A stretch of DNA of 32,367 nucleotides from an uncultured Candidatus Saccharibacteria bacterium (GCA_964361795.1 CAYIBZ010000004.1:1-32367), one strand, 5' to 3'. Positions 1 to 9,743 are shown, counted from the first letter of the stretch. Program-made: numbers and translations. Notes: generated by a model not told the origin, from the sequence alone.

Positions 1-19
1 CTAGTTGTCGAGTGGCCAT
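1..19 (-). CDS. nusB: 5' end of a gene running off the window, probably transcription antitermination factor NusB
   Basis: Minus-strand ATG at 19 reads MATRQL. This resembles the MAxR(H/Q)L(S/A)R start of CPR NusB proteins, and the gene lies directly downstream of rpmF. Only 6 codons are visible. Confidence 0.4.
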
Positions 20-27
20 AAGGTTTA

Positions 28-119
28 GAAATTCAAATGACAAAATTCAAATGACTAAATGTTTTGGATTTTAGATTTTGAGCTTGATTTGACATTTGAG
101 CTTTGAAATTTGGATTTTA
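28..119. repeat. 7/14-nt periodic, imperfect inverted repeat in the rpmF-nusB spacer
   Basis: AAATTCAAATGAC occurs at 29-41 and 43-55 (period 14). It is followed by a T-rich mirror arm (TTTGGAT/TTTAGAT/TTTGAGC/TTTGACA/TTTGAGC/TTTGAAA/TTTGGAT) with 7-nt periodicity. Confidence 0.7.
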
Positions 120-152
120 AAGAACTGGACAACGCAGTAAATTGTAAATTAA

Positions 153-314
153 TTATTTCGTCCCGTAAACCCCGCATTGCAAGCAAGTTCTGTGCGGCAA
201 TACTGGCCCTTTGCAATTTGAGCAAACGGCAAGATTGACCCGCTGTAGGGCCAAATGAGAACGTCTGCGGCCAACCTTGGACTTAGAATGATGTTTTACT
301 GGTACGCCACCCAT
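153..314 (-). CDS. rpmF: 50S ribosomal protein bL32 (zinc-ribbon form); not in the supplied ORF track
   Basis: Manual translation gives MGGVPVKHHSKSKVGRRRSHLALQRVNLAVCSNCKGPVLPHRTCLQCGVYGTK* (53 aa). It has the L32 VP..S.S...RRSH motif plus CxxC..PH..CxxCG.Y. Confidence 0.97.
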   Translation of the reverse strand: MGGVPVKHHSKSKVGRRRSHLALQRVNLAVCSNCKGPVLPHRTCLQCGVYGTK

Positions 315-342
315 AAGAAGTATTAATTAGAAAATACCATGG

Positions 343-371
343 TTGTAAAAAAATAGCAAATAATTTAGGAT
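343..371 (+). promoter_or_regulatory. Putative sigma70 promoter of the serine protease gene
   Basis: TTGTAA-17 nt-TAGGAT, followed by an AGGGAG SD before ATG 407. Confidence 0.4.
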
Positions 372-406
372 TAAATTAGTATTTTCAAAAATAAAAAGGA
401 GACGAG

Positions 407-1114
407 ATGAAGCTGGCTGTTTTGTGGATCCTTTGCTTAATCGGGTGCTCAACCGCCCAGCCTAAAACTCTTCAAGAAATTTACAAAGAAGCCGATTATT
501 CAGTTGACATTACGATAACACATGAGACTTTTGATGGACAAATATTAGAAGGAGGAGGAGCGGGATTTGTGATCGTGCATGACAACCAGCACTATATTTT
601 GACTGTCGCTCACCTAAAATTGATTCCCGATAATTCAAAAGAAATTAAAAAAATACTGGGAATTTTTAAGTCTTCACATCATCCGAATCCGGAAGAACTG
701 GAAGTTGTTGGGTATGACGAAGACGCGGACATCATGACGTTAAAAGCTAAGGATGATTCGTTTATTTTCAAAGGCAATGCCGCAAAACTTGGTTCGTCTA
801 AAAGTTTGCGGGTTGGCGACTCCGTTATCGCCTTGGGATCTCCTTTAAATTTTCGGTTTTGTTTGAGCGAAGGCGTTGTCATGCGGCTCAATGCGCCATC
901 CAGCAATTTCAGGAACAATACTGCTTATTTTATTTTACATAGCGCGTTAATTAATCCCGGAAGCTCCGGCGGCCCGCTTCTAAATAACTTCGGTGAAGTT
1001 ATTGGGATTAATACTATGGTAGTCACCCGGAAAATGACAGGCGTTACGGCTATGTCGCTGGCCATTCCAATTGACGACGTTAAAAAAATTCTCCCGAAAA
1101 TAATTGGACAATAG
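407..1114 (+). CDS. Trypsin-like (S1C/HtrA-type) serine protease lipoprotein without PDZ domain
   Basis: Catalytic motifs LTVAH (His), DADI (Asp) and INPGSSGGPL (Ser). It also has the HtrA-like segments GDSVIALGSP and GEVIGINT, and an N-terminal hydrophobic stretch with lipobox LIGC. Confidence 0.9.
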   Translation: MKLAVLWILCLIGCSTAQPKTLQEIYKEADYSVDITITHETFDGQILEGGGAGFVIVHDNQHYILTVAHLKLIPDNSKEIKKILGIFKSSHHPNPEELEVVGYDEDADIMTLKAKDDSFIFKGNAAKLGSSKSLRVGDSVIALGSPLNFRFCLSEGVVMRLNAPSSNFRNNTAYFILHSALINPGSSGGPLLNNFGEVIGINTMVVTRKMTGVTAMSLAIPIDDVKKILPKIIGQ

Positions 1115-1141
1115 CCCCTCGTTAAAAACGGAGGGGTTTTT
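1115..1141 (+). terminator. Intrinsic terminator after the protease gene
   Basis: CCCCTC...GAGGGG hairpin followed by TTTTT directly after the TAG stop. Confidence 0.75.
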
Positions 1142-1193
1142 GATAGGTTCTGATTGAAAATGATTCCCTAATCAATTAAAATTTTTATAACAG

Positions 1194-4100
1194 ATGAAAT
1201 TTACACACTTGCATACTCACTCTCATTATTCTTTGCTGGACGGCTTGGCAAAAATAGACGAATTGGTCAATCGCGCCAAAGAATTAGGAATGGATTCTAT
1301 CGCGATTACCGATCACGGCAATCTTTATGGGGCGATTGAATTCTATAAAAAAGCGAAATCGGCGGGCATCAAACCAATACTGGGCGTGGAGGCCTACATC
1401 GCCCCTCCCGCCAACAGCGCGGAAAAATATTTTCATCTTGTTATACTCTGTAAAAATAAAATCGGCTGGCAAAATCTTCTAAAACTAATAAGCCACGCTA
1501 ATCTTGAGGGCTTTTACTACAAACCGCGGATTATTAAAGATTTTTTAAGAAAACACAGCGATGGCCTGATTGCTCTTTCCGCCTGCCTCTCCGGAGAAAT
1601 ATCTAAAGCTATTTTAAATAATAAATTTGGCGAGGCGGAACAGATAGCGCTTGAGTATCAAAAAATTTTTGGGCCGGGAAATTTCTTTTTAGAAATCGGC
1701 GCCCATTCTAATATCAAAGAAACTCTTAAAACCCGCGAATGGCTGATTAAAATTTCTCAAAAAACGGGCATTCCGCTGGCGGCAACCCAAGATATTCATT
1801 ATTTGAAAAAAGAAGACGCGAAATATCACGATATCTTATTAGCCGTTCAAACCGGCAATAAATTAAACGATCCCAACAGACTGACTTTAAAAGACGATGA
1901 TTTTTCTTTGCGCTCTCCGGAAGAAATGGCGCCGTTTTTCCAAGACATTCCGGAAGCGATGGAAAACACCGTAAAAATCGCCGAACAATGCAATGTTGAA
2001 CTGGAATTAAACAAGATACAATTGCCAAAATTTGACGTGCCGGATGGGCGTTCGTCTATTGATTATTTAAAGCAATTATTGTCAGAAAGAGTAAAAAACC
2101 GATATTCACCCGTATCCGAAGAAATTCAAAAAAGGATTGAATACGAATTAAAAGTCGTGTCGGGAATGGGTTTTGCCGATTATTTTTTAATTGTCCAAGA
2201 TTTTATCAATTGGGCTAAAGATCGCGGCATTGTTGTCGGCCCGGGCAGAGGTTCGGCGGCCGGCAGTATTATCGCTTACATTCTGGGAATCACGGGCGTG
2301 GACCCGCTAAAATACGATCTCCTTTTTGAAAGATTTTTAAATCCGGACAGAATCCAAATGCCCGATATTGACATTGACATTACTGATAAACGGCGCGATG
2401 AAGTTTTTGGCTATTTGGTGGAAAAATACGGCTCGGATCGGGTAGCGCATATTATTACTTTCGGAACAATGGCCGCGAGAGCGTCAGTCAGGGACGTTGG
2501 CCGGGCTATGGACATCAATCTCGCCTTTTGCGACCGGCTGGCAAAGCTGATCCCGTTTAATCAAGACTTGGAAACTGCTTTGCAAAATTCGGAATTGTCT
2601 AATTTATATAAAACAAATTCCGATGCCCAAAAAATTCTGGATGCCGCCAAACATTTGGAAGGAGTGGCGCGCCACGCCTCCATGCATGCCTGCGGCATCG
2701 TGATTTCTAAAGAACCGCTCACTAATTATCTGCCATTGCAAAAAGCGCCGCAGGATCCCAATAAAATCATTACTCAATTGGAAATGCACAGCGTGGAAGA
2801 CCTCGGACTTTTAAAAATGGATTTACTGGGCCTTAAAAATCTTACCATCATTGAAGACACCACCAGACTAATTCATCAAAATAGCGGAGAAAAAATTGAC
2901 ATCAATAATATAGCTCTCAACGACGCTCAAACTTTTAAGGCTCTTCAAGATGGGGACACGACTGGAGTGTTTCAATACGAATCTTCGGGCATGAGACGCT
3001 ATATGAAAGAAATAAAGCCGACAGAATTTGAGGACCTCGTTGCCCTTGTGGCCCTTTATCGCCCAGGGCCAATTGACCTTATTCCTACCTATATACGGCG
3101 CAAACACGGCTTGGAGCAGATTTCTTATCTTCATCCTAAATTGGAAAACATATTAAAAAAGACTTACGGGGTCGGCGTATATCAAGAGCAAATGATGAGC
3201 ATCGCCCGCGACTTGGCCGGTTATTCTTTGGCTCAAGCGGACACTCTCCGCAAAGCAATCGGCAAAAAAATTAAAAGCTTACTGGACGAACAGCAGGAAA
3301 AATTAGTGAAGGGCATGATAGCTAACGGCATATCGCCGGAAACTGCCAATACTATTTGGGAACTATTCCCGCCATTCGCCCGTTACGGATTTAACCGTTG
3401 CTTAACTGGAGAAACTGAAATTATTGACGCTGAAACTGGACTTCCGGTAAAAATAGGCGATCTCGTCAACAATCCAAAATTACTCAAGAAAACAGGTACC
3501 TTCAATGACGAAAGCGATCTAAAAATTTCTATCCAAACAGTGCTTGCGGTAATTCCTAACGGTAAAAAACCAGTATTTAAGGTGCGCACGCGAAGCGGCC
3601 GGCAAATCCGAAGCACTGAGAACCATCCGTTTTACGGCATTCGCGGCTGGCAATTGTTAGAAAAATTAAAGCCAGGCGATAGAATCGCAGTCCCCCGCCG
3701 CCTGCCAGAGCCGGAAAAACCGCTTCATTTGCCAAAACATAAATTAGCAACACTAGGCTATCTGCTGGCAGAAGGCAATTTCTGCCATCCAAACGGATTT
3801 TATTTTTATTCTAAATCTAATGAGGAAGTTCAAGATTACATAAAATATCTGGAACAATTTAAAAATACCGTTGCTAAAACAAACAATTCCAAGCCGGCAA
3901 TTTCAGTCTATTCAAAAAGAAAAAATCTTCGCCAACCGTCGGAAGCTGTGGAATGGGTGAACGCCACCGGCCTGCGATACAAAAAAGCTACGGAGAAATT
4001 CTTGCCCACTTTTATGTATAGTCTTGCAAATGACGACCTCACCGTCCTTATTGCTAAAATGTTCCAAGGCGACGGCTGTATTAATATACAACGCGGCGAT

Positions 4101-5648
4101 CCCCAAATTTTCTACGCCACTTCTTCACAAAAGATCGCCAACGGCCTTCAGAGGCTCCTGCTTCGTTTTGGAATTTTATCAACAATCCATAAAAAGAAAT
4201 TTAAGTACCGCGGCGGCATAAAAATTGGCTACACTGTTACCATTAGTCGCTTCGATAACATCAAAAAATTCGTTGAAAATTTTTCAAAACACTTAGTCGG
4301 AGAAAAAAGAACAACTGCCGAATCAATAAAAACTAGCCATCCGATTATTAATGGTTCCCTCCCCGCTTGGTCGGCCCGCGGCAGCAAGGATATTATCCCA
4401 ACAATATTAGCGAGACCGCTCATCCATGCCGGAGTTACGACTGCGGGTCTTACTTTTTCCGGATTTGCTAAAACTATCGGCATTGCGGAACGTTTATTCT
4501 CAAATGACGACCAAAAAATCGGCTATCTAAGAGAAACGATTGGATTTATAGGGAGCGCTCTAAAAAATCCTGAGATTATCAAGCACGCGAAATCCGATAT
4601 TTACTGGGACGAAATCGTTTCAATTGAATTTGACGGAATAGAAGAAACGTTTGACCTTTCAATGGAAACAAACCATAACTTTATCGCCAATGACATTTTT
4701 GTTCATAATTCACATGCTGTTTGTTACGCCCTAATCGGCTATCAAACCGCCTATCTTAAAGTTCATTATCCGGTAGAGCTGATGACTGGCGTCCTTAATG
4801 CCGATTCTGGCGATATTGACAGAATTGCTTTTTTGATTGGTGAAACCCAAAAAATGAATATAAACATTTTGCCGCCTGATATTAATAAGAGCGATCTGTC
4901 TTTTGCTCCGGAAAACGGCAATATCCGGTTCGGATTAGCGGCTATTAAAAATGTCGGTGAAAATATAGTGCGGGCGATTATTGAAGAACGGCAAAGATCC
5001 GGGCCATTTGAAAACTTGGCATCGTTTTTAAGCAGAGTCCAGCATAAGGATTTAAATAAAAAATCTTTAGAAAGCCTGATTAAGTGCGGCACTCTTGATT
5101 CATTGGGGATAGAAAGAAAAATGGCCTTAGAAAATCTGGATGAAATCGTTAAATTTAATTCTTTAGTAAAAAAATCTCGGCAAACTTCTCAAATGGGACT
5201 TTTCGGAAGCAGTGTTTCGCTAAAATCTTTGAAACTGAAACCGGTTGAACCAGCCGAAATGAAAGAGCGTTTAATGTGGGAAAAAGAATTGCTGGGAATC
5301 TATCTTTCCGAACACCCTCTGGCCCAATACCAGGAAAAAATGGCAAAAACCGGCATAAGGCCGATTAAAGAAGTGATGGCTGGCGCCGATCCGTCAAAGC
5401 CCTACGCCAAGTTCAGCATTGGCGGCATCGTGTCTAAGATTCAAAAAATTACCACTCGTTTTGGCCAGCCGATGCTTTTTGCAAAAGTTGAAGACTTGAG
5501 CCATACTGTGGAAGTCGTCGTTTTTTCCGAATCGCTGGCAAAAAATCCGGCGGTTTGGCAGGAAAATAACGTGGTCGCCGTTACCGGCAAAATGTCTTGG
5601 CGCAATGGCGAACAAAAATTAATTTGCGACGAAGCCAAACTCCTATGA
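1194..5648 (+). CDS. dnaE: DNA polymerase III alpha subunit containing one intein
   Basis: PHP domain (HLHTHSHYSLLDG), GPGRGSAAGS, catalytic PDIDID, YGFNR|SHA and a C-terminal OB fold. Confidence 0.98.
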   Translation: MKFTHLHTHSHYSLLDGLAKIDELVNRAKELGMDSIAITDHGNLYGAIEFYKKAKSAGIKPILGVEAYIAPPANSAEKYFHLVILCKNKIGWQNLLKLISHANLEGFYYKPRIIKDFLRKHSDGLIALSACLSGEISKAILNNKFGEAEQIALEYQKIFGPGNFFLEIGAHSNIKETLKTREWLIKISQKTGIPLAATQDIHYLKKEDAKYHDILLAVQTGNKLNDPNRLTLKDDDFSLRSPEEMAPFFQDIPEAMENTVKIAEQCNVELELNKIQLPKFDVPDGRSSIDYLKQLLSERVKNRYSPVSEEIQKRIEYELKVVSGMGFADYFLIVQDFINWAKDRGIVVGPGRGSAAGSIIAYILGITGVDPLKYDLLFERFLNPDRIQMPDIDIDITDKRRDEVFGYLVEKYGSDRVAHIITFGTMAARASVRDVGRAMDINLAFCDRLAKLIPFNQDLETALQNSELSNLYKTNSDAQKILDAAKHLEGVARHASMHACGIVISKEPLTNYLPLQKAPQDPNKIITQLEMHSVEDLGLLKMDLLGLKNLTIIEDTTRLIHQNSGEKIDINNIALNDAQTFKALQDGDTTGVFQYESSGMRRYMKEIKPTEFEDLVALVALYRPGPIDLIPTYIRRKHGLEQISYLHPKLENILKKTYGVGVYQEQMMSIARDLAGYSLAQADTLRKAIGKKIKSLLDEQQEKLVKGMIANGISPETANTIWELFPPFARYGFNRCLTGETEIIDAETGLPVKIGDLVNNPKLLKKTGTFNDESDLKISIQTVLAVIPNGKKPVFKVRTRSGRQIRSTENHPFYGIRGWQLLEKLKPGDRIAVPRRLPEPEKPLHLPKHKLATLGYLLAEGNFCHPNGFYFYSKSNEEVQDYIKYLEQFKNTVAKTNNSKPAISVYSKRKNLRQPSEAVEWVNATGLRYKKATEKFLPTFMYSLANDDLTVLIAKMFQGDGCINIQRGDPQIFYATSSQKIANGLQRLLLRFGILSTIHKKKFKYRGGIKIGYTVTISRFDNIKKFVENFSKHLVGEKRTTAESIKTSHPIINGSLPAWSARGSKDIIPTILARPLIHAGVTTAGLTFSGFAKTIGIAERLFSNDDQKIGYLRETIGFIGSALKNPEIIKHAKSDIYWDEIVSIEFDGIEETFDLSMETNHNFIANDIFVHNSHAVCYALIGYQTAYLKVHYPVELMTGVLNADSGDIDRIAFLIGETQKMNINILPPDINKSDLSFAPENGNIRFGLAAIKNVGENIVRAIIEERQRSGPFENLASFLSRVQHKDLNKKSLESLIKCGTLDSLGIERKMALENLDEIVKFNSLVKKSRQTSQMGLFGSSVSLKSLKLKPVEPAEMKERLMWEKELLGIYLSEHPLAQYQEKMAKTGIRPIKEVMAGADPSKPYAKFSIGGIVSKIQKITTRFGQPMLFAKVEDLSHTVEVVVFSESLAKNPAVWQENNVVAVTGKMSWRNGEQKLICDEAKLL
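3399..4709 (+). mobile_element. 437-aa intein with LAGLIDADG homing endonuclease in dnaE
   Basis: Starts CLTGETEI (block A), contains STENHPF (block B) and ends FIANDIFVHN followed by extein Ser. LAGLIDADG-like helices LGYLLAEG and IAKMFQGDG are present. Excision restores YGFNRSHA. Confidence 0.95.
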
Positions 5649-7357
5649 TTGAAAATAAACGGCATTCGCTCGCCCACCTTTTGGCGGCGGCGGTTTTGAA
5701 AAAGTTTCCGAGCGCGAAACTAGGCATAGGCCCGGTTATTGAGAACGGATTTTATTATGATTTTCAATTGCCCAGAACGTTAACGCCGGAGGATCTGAGA
5801 GAATTTGAGAAAGAGATGAAAAAAATGATCGGCGCAAAGCTCCAATTTACCGGGAAAAAGATTACTGCCGCTGAAGCTAAAAAATTTTTCAAAAGCCAGC
5901 CTTTTAAGTTAGACCTTATAAAAGAATTCTCCAAAGAAAAGAAAACTTTGACCCTTTATAAAACCGGGGACGTTTTCTCGGATCTTTGCCGAGGCGGACA
6001 CGTGGACAATACTTCCGAAATAGATCCGGACTCTTTCAAATTAAATAAAATTGCCGGAGCTTATTGGAAAGGAAACGAAAAGAATCCTCAACTTCAGCGA
6101 GTTTATGGCCTGGCTTTTAATACTAAAAAAGAGCTGGACGAATATCTGAAGACAATGGAAGAGGCCCAAAAAAGAGATCATCGCAAACTTGGAAAAGATT
6201 TGGAGATTTTTCATATCTCCGAAGAAGTCGGGCCGGGATTGCCGCTGTTTTATCCCAAAGGGGCAATCTTAAGGCGCGTCGTGGAAAATTTTATCATTGA
6301 ACTTCAGGAAAAACGGGGCTATTTGCCGATTTGGATTCCTCACGTCACTAAAGGCGAACTCTACAAAATTTCCGGCCATTTGGATAAATATGACGCAATG
6401 TATCCGCCGATGAAACTGCGCGGCGAAGCGGATTATTACATTAAACCAATGAACTGCCCGCACTTTATGGCTCTTTATAAGAGCGCGCCTCATTCCTATA
6501 AAGAACTGCCGATCCGGTGGACTTCAACCACCACAAACTATCGCTATGAAAAAAGCGGCGAATTGTCGGGATTAACTAGGGTGAGATCTTTAACCCAAGA
6601 CGACTGCCATGTTTTCGCCGCGCCGAACCAGATAGAACAGGAAATTAATCTGATGCTGGATATGATTGGCGATACATATGAAAAGTTTGAATTTAAAAAT
6701 TTCTGGGTTCGGATTTCTACTCGCGATCCTAAAGACAAAGAAAAATACATAGGAGATAAAAAAATTTGGGACGAGTCGGAAAAAATATTGGCTGAATTGA
6801 TTCAAAAAAGAAAATGGCCGCATAAAATAGGCGCCGGCGAGGCGGCTTTTTACGGCCCTAAATTGGATTTTATGATAAAAGATGTTTTGGGAAGGGAATG
6901 GCAGCTCTCAACGATTCAACTGGATATGAATCTGCCGAAAAGATTTGAATTAGAATACGCCGCCGATGATGGGTCAAAAAAACAGCCGGTGGTTATTCAT
7001 CGGGCCATTTTGGGCTCCACGGAAAGATTCTTAGGAATCTTGATTGAACACTTCGCCGGCGCTTTTCCTTTCTGGCTGTCCCCTGTTCAGATAAGAATAT
7101 TGCCGGTTTCGGAAAAACATCTGGATTACGCGAGAAAAGTCGCCGAAGAATTGAAAAATTACCGCGTAGAGGTTGCCATGGAAAATGAAACAGTCGGTAA
7201 AAAGATTCGGATCGCTGAATTGCAAAAAGTGCCATATGTAATTGTTGTGGGCGACGCGGAAAAAAATAACCAAACGGTCAGATTGCGCGAACGCGGCAAA
7301 GGCGACTTGGGCGAAATGAAAATAAACGCCCTCCGACAGCTGGTCGGAGGGTCTTAA
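5645..7357 (+). CDS. thrS: Threonine--tRNA ligase (lacks the N-terminal TGS domain)
   Basis: RHSLAH and DLCRGGH editing domain, RDHRKLG, KPMNCP, GEAAFYGPK, HRAILGS.ERF. The start ATG 5645 overlaps the dnaE stop (ATGA). Confidence 0.97.
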   Translation: MIENKRHSLAHLLAAAVLKKFPSAKLGIGPVIENGFYYDFQLPRTLTPEDLREFEKEMKKMIGAKLQFTGKKITAAEAKKFFKSQPFKLDLIKEFSKEKKTLTLYKTGDVFSDLCRGGHVDNTSEIDPDSFKLNKIAGAYWKGNEKNPQLQRVYGLAFNTKKELDEYLKTMEEAQKRDHRKLGKDLEIFHISEEVGPGLPLFYPKGAILRRVVENFIIELQEKRGYLPIWIPHVTKGELYKISGHLDKYDAMYPPMKLRGEADYYIKPMNCPHFMALYKSAPHSYKELPIRWTSTTTNYRYEKSGELSGLTRVRSLTQDDCHVFAAPNQIEQEINLMLDMIGDTYEKFEFKNFWVRISTRDPKDKEKYIGDKKIWDESEKILAELIQKRKWPHKIGAGEAAFYGPKLDFMIKDVLGREWQLSTIQLDMNLPKRFELEYAADDGSKKQPVVIHRAILGSTERFLGILIEHFAGAFPFWLSPVQIRILPVSEKHLDYARKVAEELKNYRVEVAMENETVGKKIRIAELQKVPYVIVVGDAEKNNQTVRLRERGKGDLGEMKINALRQLVGGS

Positions 7358-7785
7358 CGGCCTTTTATTTCAACTTCAAAAATTATCTTGCCGTCCTGAT
7401 CAAATACTTCAATAATCACTTCAACAATCACATTATAATGGTTGCGTTCTATGTTCAGACGAAAGCTTTCTTTTTTGCCGCTATCCAATACAAACTCGCG
7501 ATTCCCGTCATAAATAGCAACCGCCTCCAGATCGTCATTAGAGTCATTAAATCCCCAAAATTTTAATCCTTTTCCAGATTCCAATATCTCAACCACTTCC
7601 CCGCTAATATAGGAAAAATCAGGATGACGATATTGATAAGATATTCCCAAAACAGCATTGGAACCATCTTTTGTTTTGGATTCAGTGCAAACCTTGCCGG
7701 CTTTGAAATCGTAATAAACCACGCTCTGATCTAGAAATTCCCATAAGGCAAAATCTGGCGAGGACTTTTTATTGAGATCGGCCAA
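7354..7785 (-). CDS. Hypothetical beta-rich protein, paralog of 9312..9743
   Basis: Open frame with AAGGA SD ahead of TTG 7785 (MADLNKKSSPDF...). It has its own promoter candidate TTGATC-17-TACTAT (7844..7816) and motif similarity to 9312..9743. Confidence 0.65.
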   Translation of the reverse strand: MADLNKKSSPDFALWEFLDQSVVYYDFKAGKVCTESKTKDGSNAVLGISYQYRHPDFSYISGEVVEILESGKGLKFWGFNDSNDDLEAVAIYDGNREFVLDSGKKESFRLNIERNHYNVIVEVIIEVFDQDGKIIFEVEIKGR

Positions 7786-7824
7786 CGGCTTTCCTTTCAA
7801 AGAGCGGATAAAGAAATAGTAGAA

Positions 7825-9261
7825 TTATATCGTTAAAAGATCAATAAGAATTTTTTGCAGAGCGGCGGGATTGCCTTTCCCTTTAAGAGCGGACATGGAC
7901 TTCCCAACTAAAAATTGAAGGGCGTTGGATTTCCCATTTTTGTAGTCGGCGGCGGCGGCGGGGTTTTCCGCGATTACTTTTTCGGCTGTTGGCCTTAATT
8001 GGCTTTCATCGGAAATCTGGGATAGATTCTCTTGTTCCAAAATTTTTCTCGGATCTAAGCCGGTTTCCGCCATTTTTATTAAAATATCTTTAGCGCCTCG
8101 GCTGGAAACTTTCCCGGAAGAAATTATCTGGATAAGATCGGAGAAATCTTCCGGAGAAATTTTTAATTCCAAAAAGCTAATTCCTTTACTAACCATTAGT
8201 CCTCTTAAATCGCTAGTAAGATAATTAAAGGCCAAGATAATTTTTTCCGGCAATTTAGATCCATCTTCTTCCGCCAATTCGGAGATTGTTTCCTCAAAAT
8301 ATTCAGCTAAATCTCGGCCTATCACCAATAATTCCGCCTGTTCCGGATTTAATCCGTATTCTTTAGCAAAACGGACGCGTTTTTCGTGGGGCATTTCGGG
8401 AATAGAAGACTTGAAAGATTTTAAATCAAACTTTCCAATATCCATCATGGGCAGATCCGGCTCGGGAAAATAACGATAATCGTGGGCTTCTTCTTTTAGC
8501 CGCTGTGACACCGTCTCTTTTTTATTGTCGTCCCATCCTCTGGTTTCTTGCACTATTTTTTTGCCATCTCGCAGCGCTTCTTCCTGCCTTTTTGTCTCGT
8601 ATTCTATAGCGTCATGAACCGCTTTGAAAGAATTGATATTTTTCACCTCTACTTTAGTCCCCATCGCTTCACCCTCTTTTCTAACAGAAATATTCGCCTC
8701 CACCCTCATTTGTCCCTTTTCCATATCAGCGTCGGAAATGCCTAAATACCGCAAAATAAGCTGCAGCTCTTTCGCGAATTCAACTGCTTGATCGGCATTT
8801 TTTATATCCGGCTCGGTTACTAATTCCATCAGCGGCACGCTGGCGCGATTAAAATCCACTAGCGAATTTTTGCCATCTTCCGAATGAATAAGACGGCCGG
8901 TGTCTTCTTCCAAGTGGATTCTTCTCAAACTAACGCCCCGTAAAACGCCGCCAAAAATTAATGGCAAGTCATATTGAGAAATTTGATACCCCTTGGGAAG
9001 ATCGGGGTAAAAATAATTTTTACGGTCAAACTTAGAAAATTGGGGAATATCGCCATTTAACGCCATGCCTATTTTTAAAACCGATTCCACGGCTTTTTTA
9101 TTAATAGTCGGCAAAGTGCCCGGATGGCCGGCGCAAATCGGGCAAACATTGGAGTTTGGATGCTTTTCGTTCGGATCATTCAGGCATTCGCAGAACATCT
9201 TCGCGGCTGTCTTCAGCTCGGCGTGTATTTCCAAGCCGATGGTTGGCTCATATTTAGACAT
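7825..9261 (-). CDS. gatB: Asp/Glu-tRNA amidotransferase subunit B
   Basis: IGLEIHAEL, CPICAGHPGTLP, FDRKNYFYPDLPKGYQISQ, HLEEDTG, EVKNINSF, DYRYFPEPDL. Confidence 0.98.
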   Translation of the reverse strand: MSKYEPTIGLEIHAELKTAAKMFCECLNDPNEKHPNSNVCPICAGHPGTLPTINKKAVESVLKIGMALNGDIPQFSKFDRKNYFYPDLPKGYQISQYDLPLIFGGVLRGVSLRRIHLEEDTGRLIHSEDGKNSLVDFNRASVPLMELVTEPDIKNADQAVEFAKELQLILRYLGISDADMEKGQMRVEANISVRKEGEAMGTKVEVKNINSFKAVHDAIEYETKRQEEALRDGKKIVQETRGWDDNKKETVSQRLKEEAHDYRYFPEPDLPMMDIGKFDLKSFKSSIPEMPHEKRVRFAKEYGLNPEQAELLVIGRDLAEYFEETISELAEEDGSKLPEKIILAFNYLTSDLRGLMVSKGISFLELKISPEDFSDLIQIISSGKVSSRGAKDILIKMAETGLDPRKILEQENLSQISDESQLRPTAEKVIAENPAAAADYKNGKSNALQFLVGKSMSALKGKGNPAALQKILIDLLTI

Positions 9262-9282
9262 AATCTATAAAATAATTTTAAC

Positions 9283-9312
9283 AAAAAAATCTTCCGATAG
9301 CCATCGGAAGAT
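9283..9312 (-). terminator. Intrinsic terminator ending the deaminase/NDT operon
   Basis: Perfect 10-bp stem ATCTTCCGAT/ATCGGAAGAT with a 4-nt loop, followed by a T-run on the minus strand. Confidence 0.8.
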
Positions 9313-9743
9313 CATTTTTCAATGCGAAACTGCAAAACAGTTTGGCCGCTTGATCTTTCTATAATTCTAACCTCAACCGCCGACACTTTGTAAGCAGGCC
9401 TGGAAATAATCGGTTTAATCTGTCGCCGGTATTGACGGCCGGGGTAAATTTCCCATTTATCTTTCATTAAAACAGCGCATAGATCATTGCCTTTCTGATT
9501 CGTGTCGGCTTTGAGACCCCAAATTCTTATAACCGTTTTCTTCCCTAAAATGTCGTAATCCCGTCCATTCGCTAAACCCGAGGGATCTGTGTAAAAATTT
9601 ACGTAACAAAACCATAAGGGATTATTCATATCATTAGGGTCGGAGACTGCGGTATAAAAAGATCCTTTTTCCAAATCAATATATAAAGATTGCTGACTGT
9701 CTAATTTCCAACTTCTGAAGTCCGGCGATGTCATGTTCTTCAT
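9312..9743 (-). CDS. Hypothetical protein, paralog of 7354..7785; last gene of the deaminase operon
   Basis: ATG 9743 overlaps the upstream stop (TAATG) and has a GAGG SD. Reads MKNMTSPDFRSW... Confidence 0.65.
   Translation of the reverse strand: MKNMTSPDFRSWKLDSQQSLYIDLEKGSFYTAVSDPNDMNNPLWFCYVNFYTDPSGLANGRDYDILGKKTVIRIWGLKADTNQKGNDLCAVLMKDKWEIYPGRQYRRQIKPIISRPAYKVSAVEVRIIERSSGQTVLQFRIEK

Noticed and set aside
28-119. CRISPR array or iteron origin
   Set aside because: The units are 7-14 nt with no unique spacers, and there are no cas or rep genes in the window.
5597-5644. Upstream start for thrS
   Set aside because: It lies inside dnaE. ATG 5645 gives a typical ATGA coupling and a sensible N-terminus.
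7354-9261. Possible stop-codon read-through fusing GatB to the downstream in-frame ORF
   Set aside because: The frames coincide across a single TAA, but the downstream gene has its own promoter, SD and TTG start that aligns with its paralog's N-terminus. A one-in-three coincidence is sufficient.
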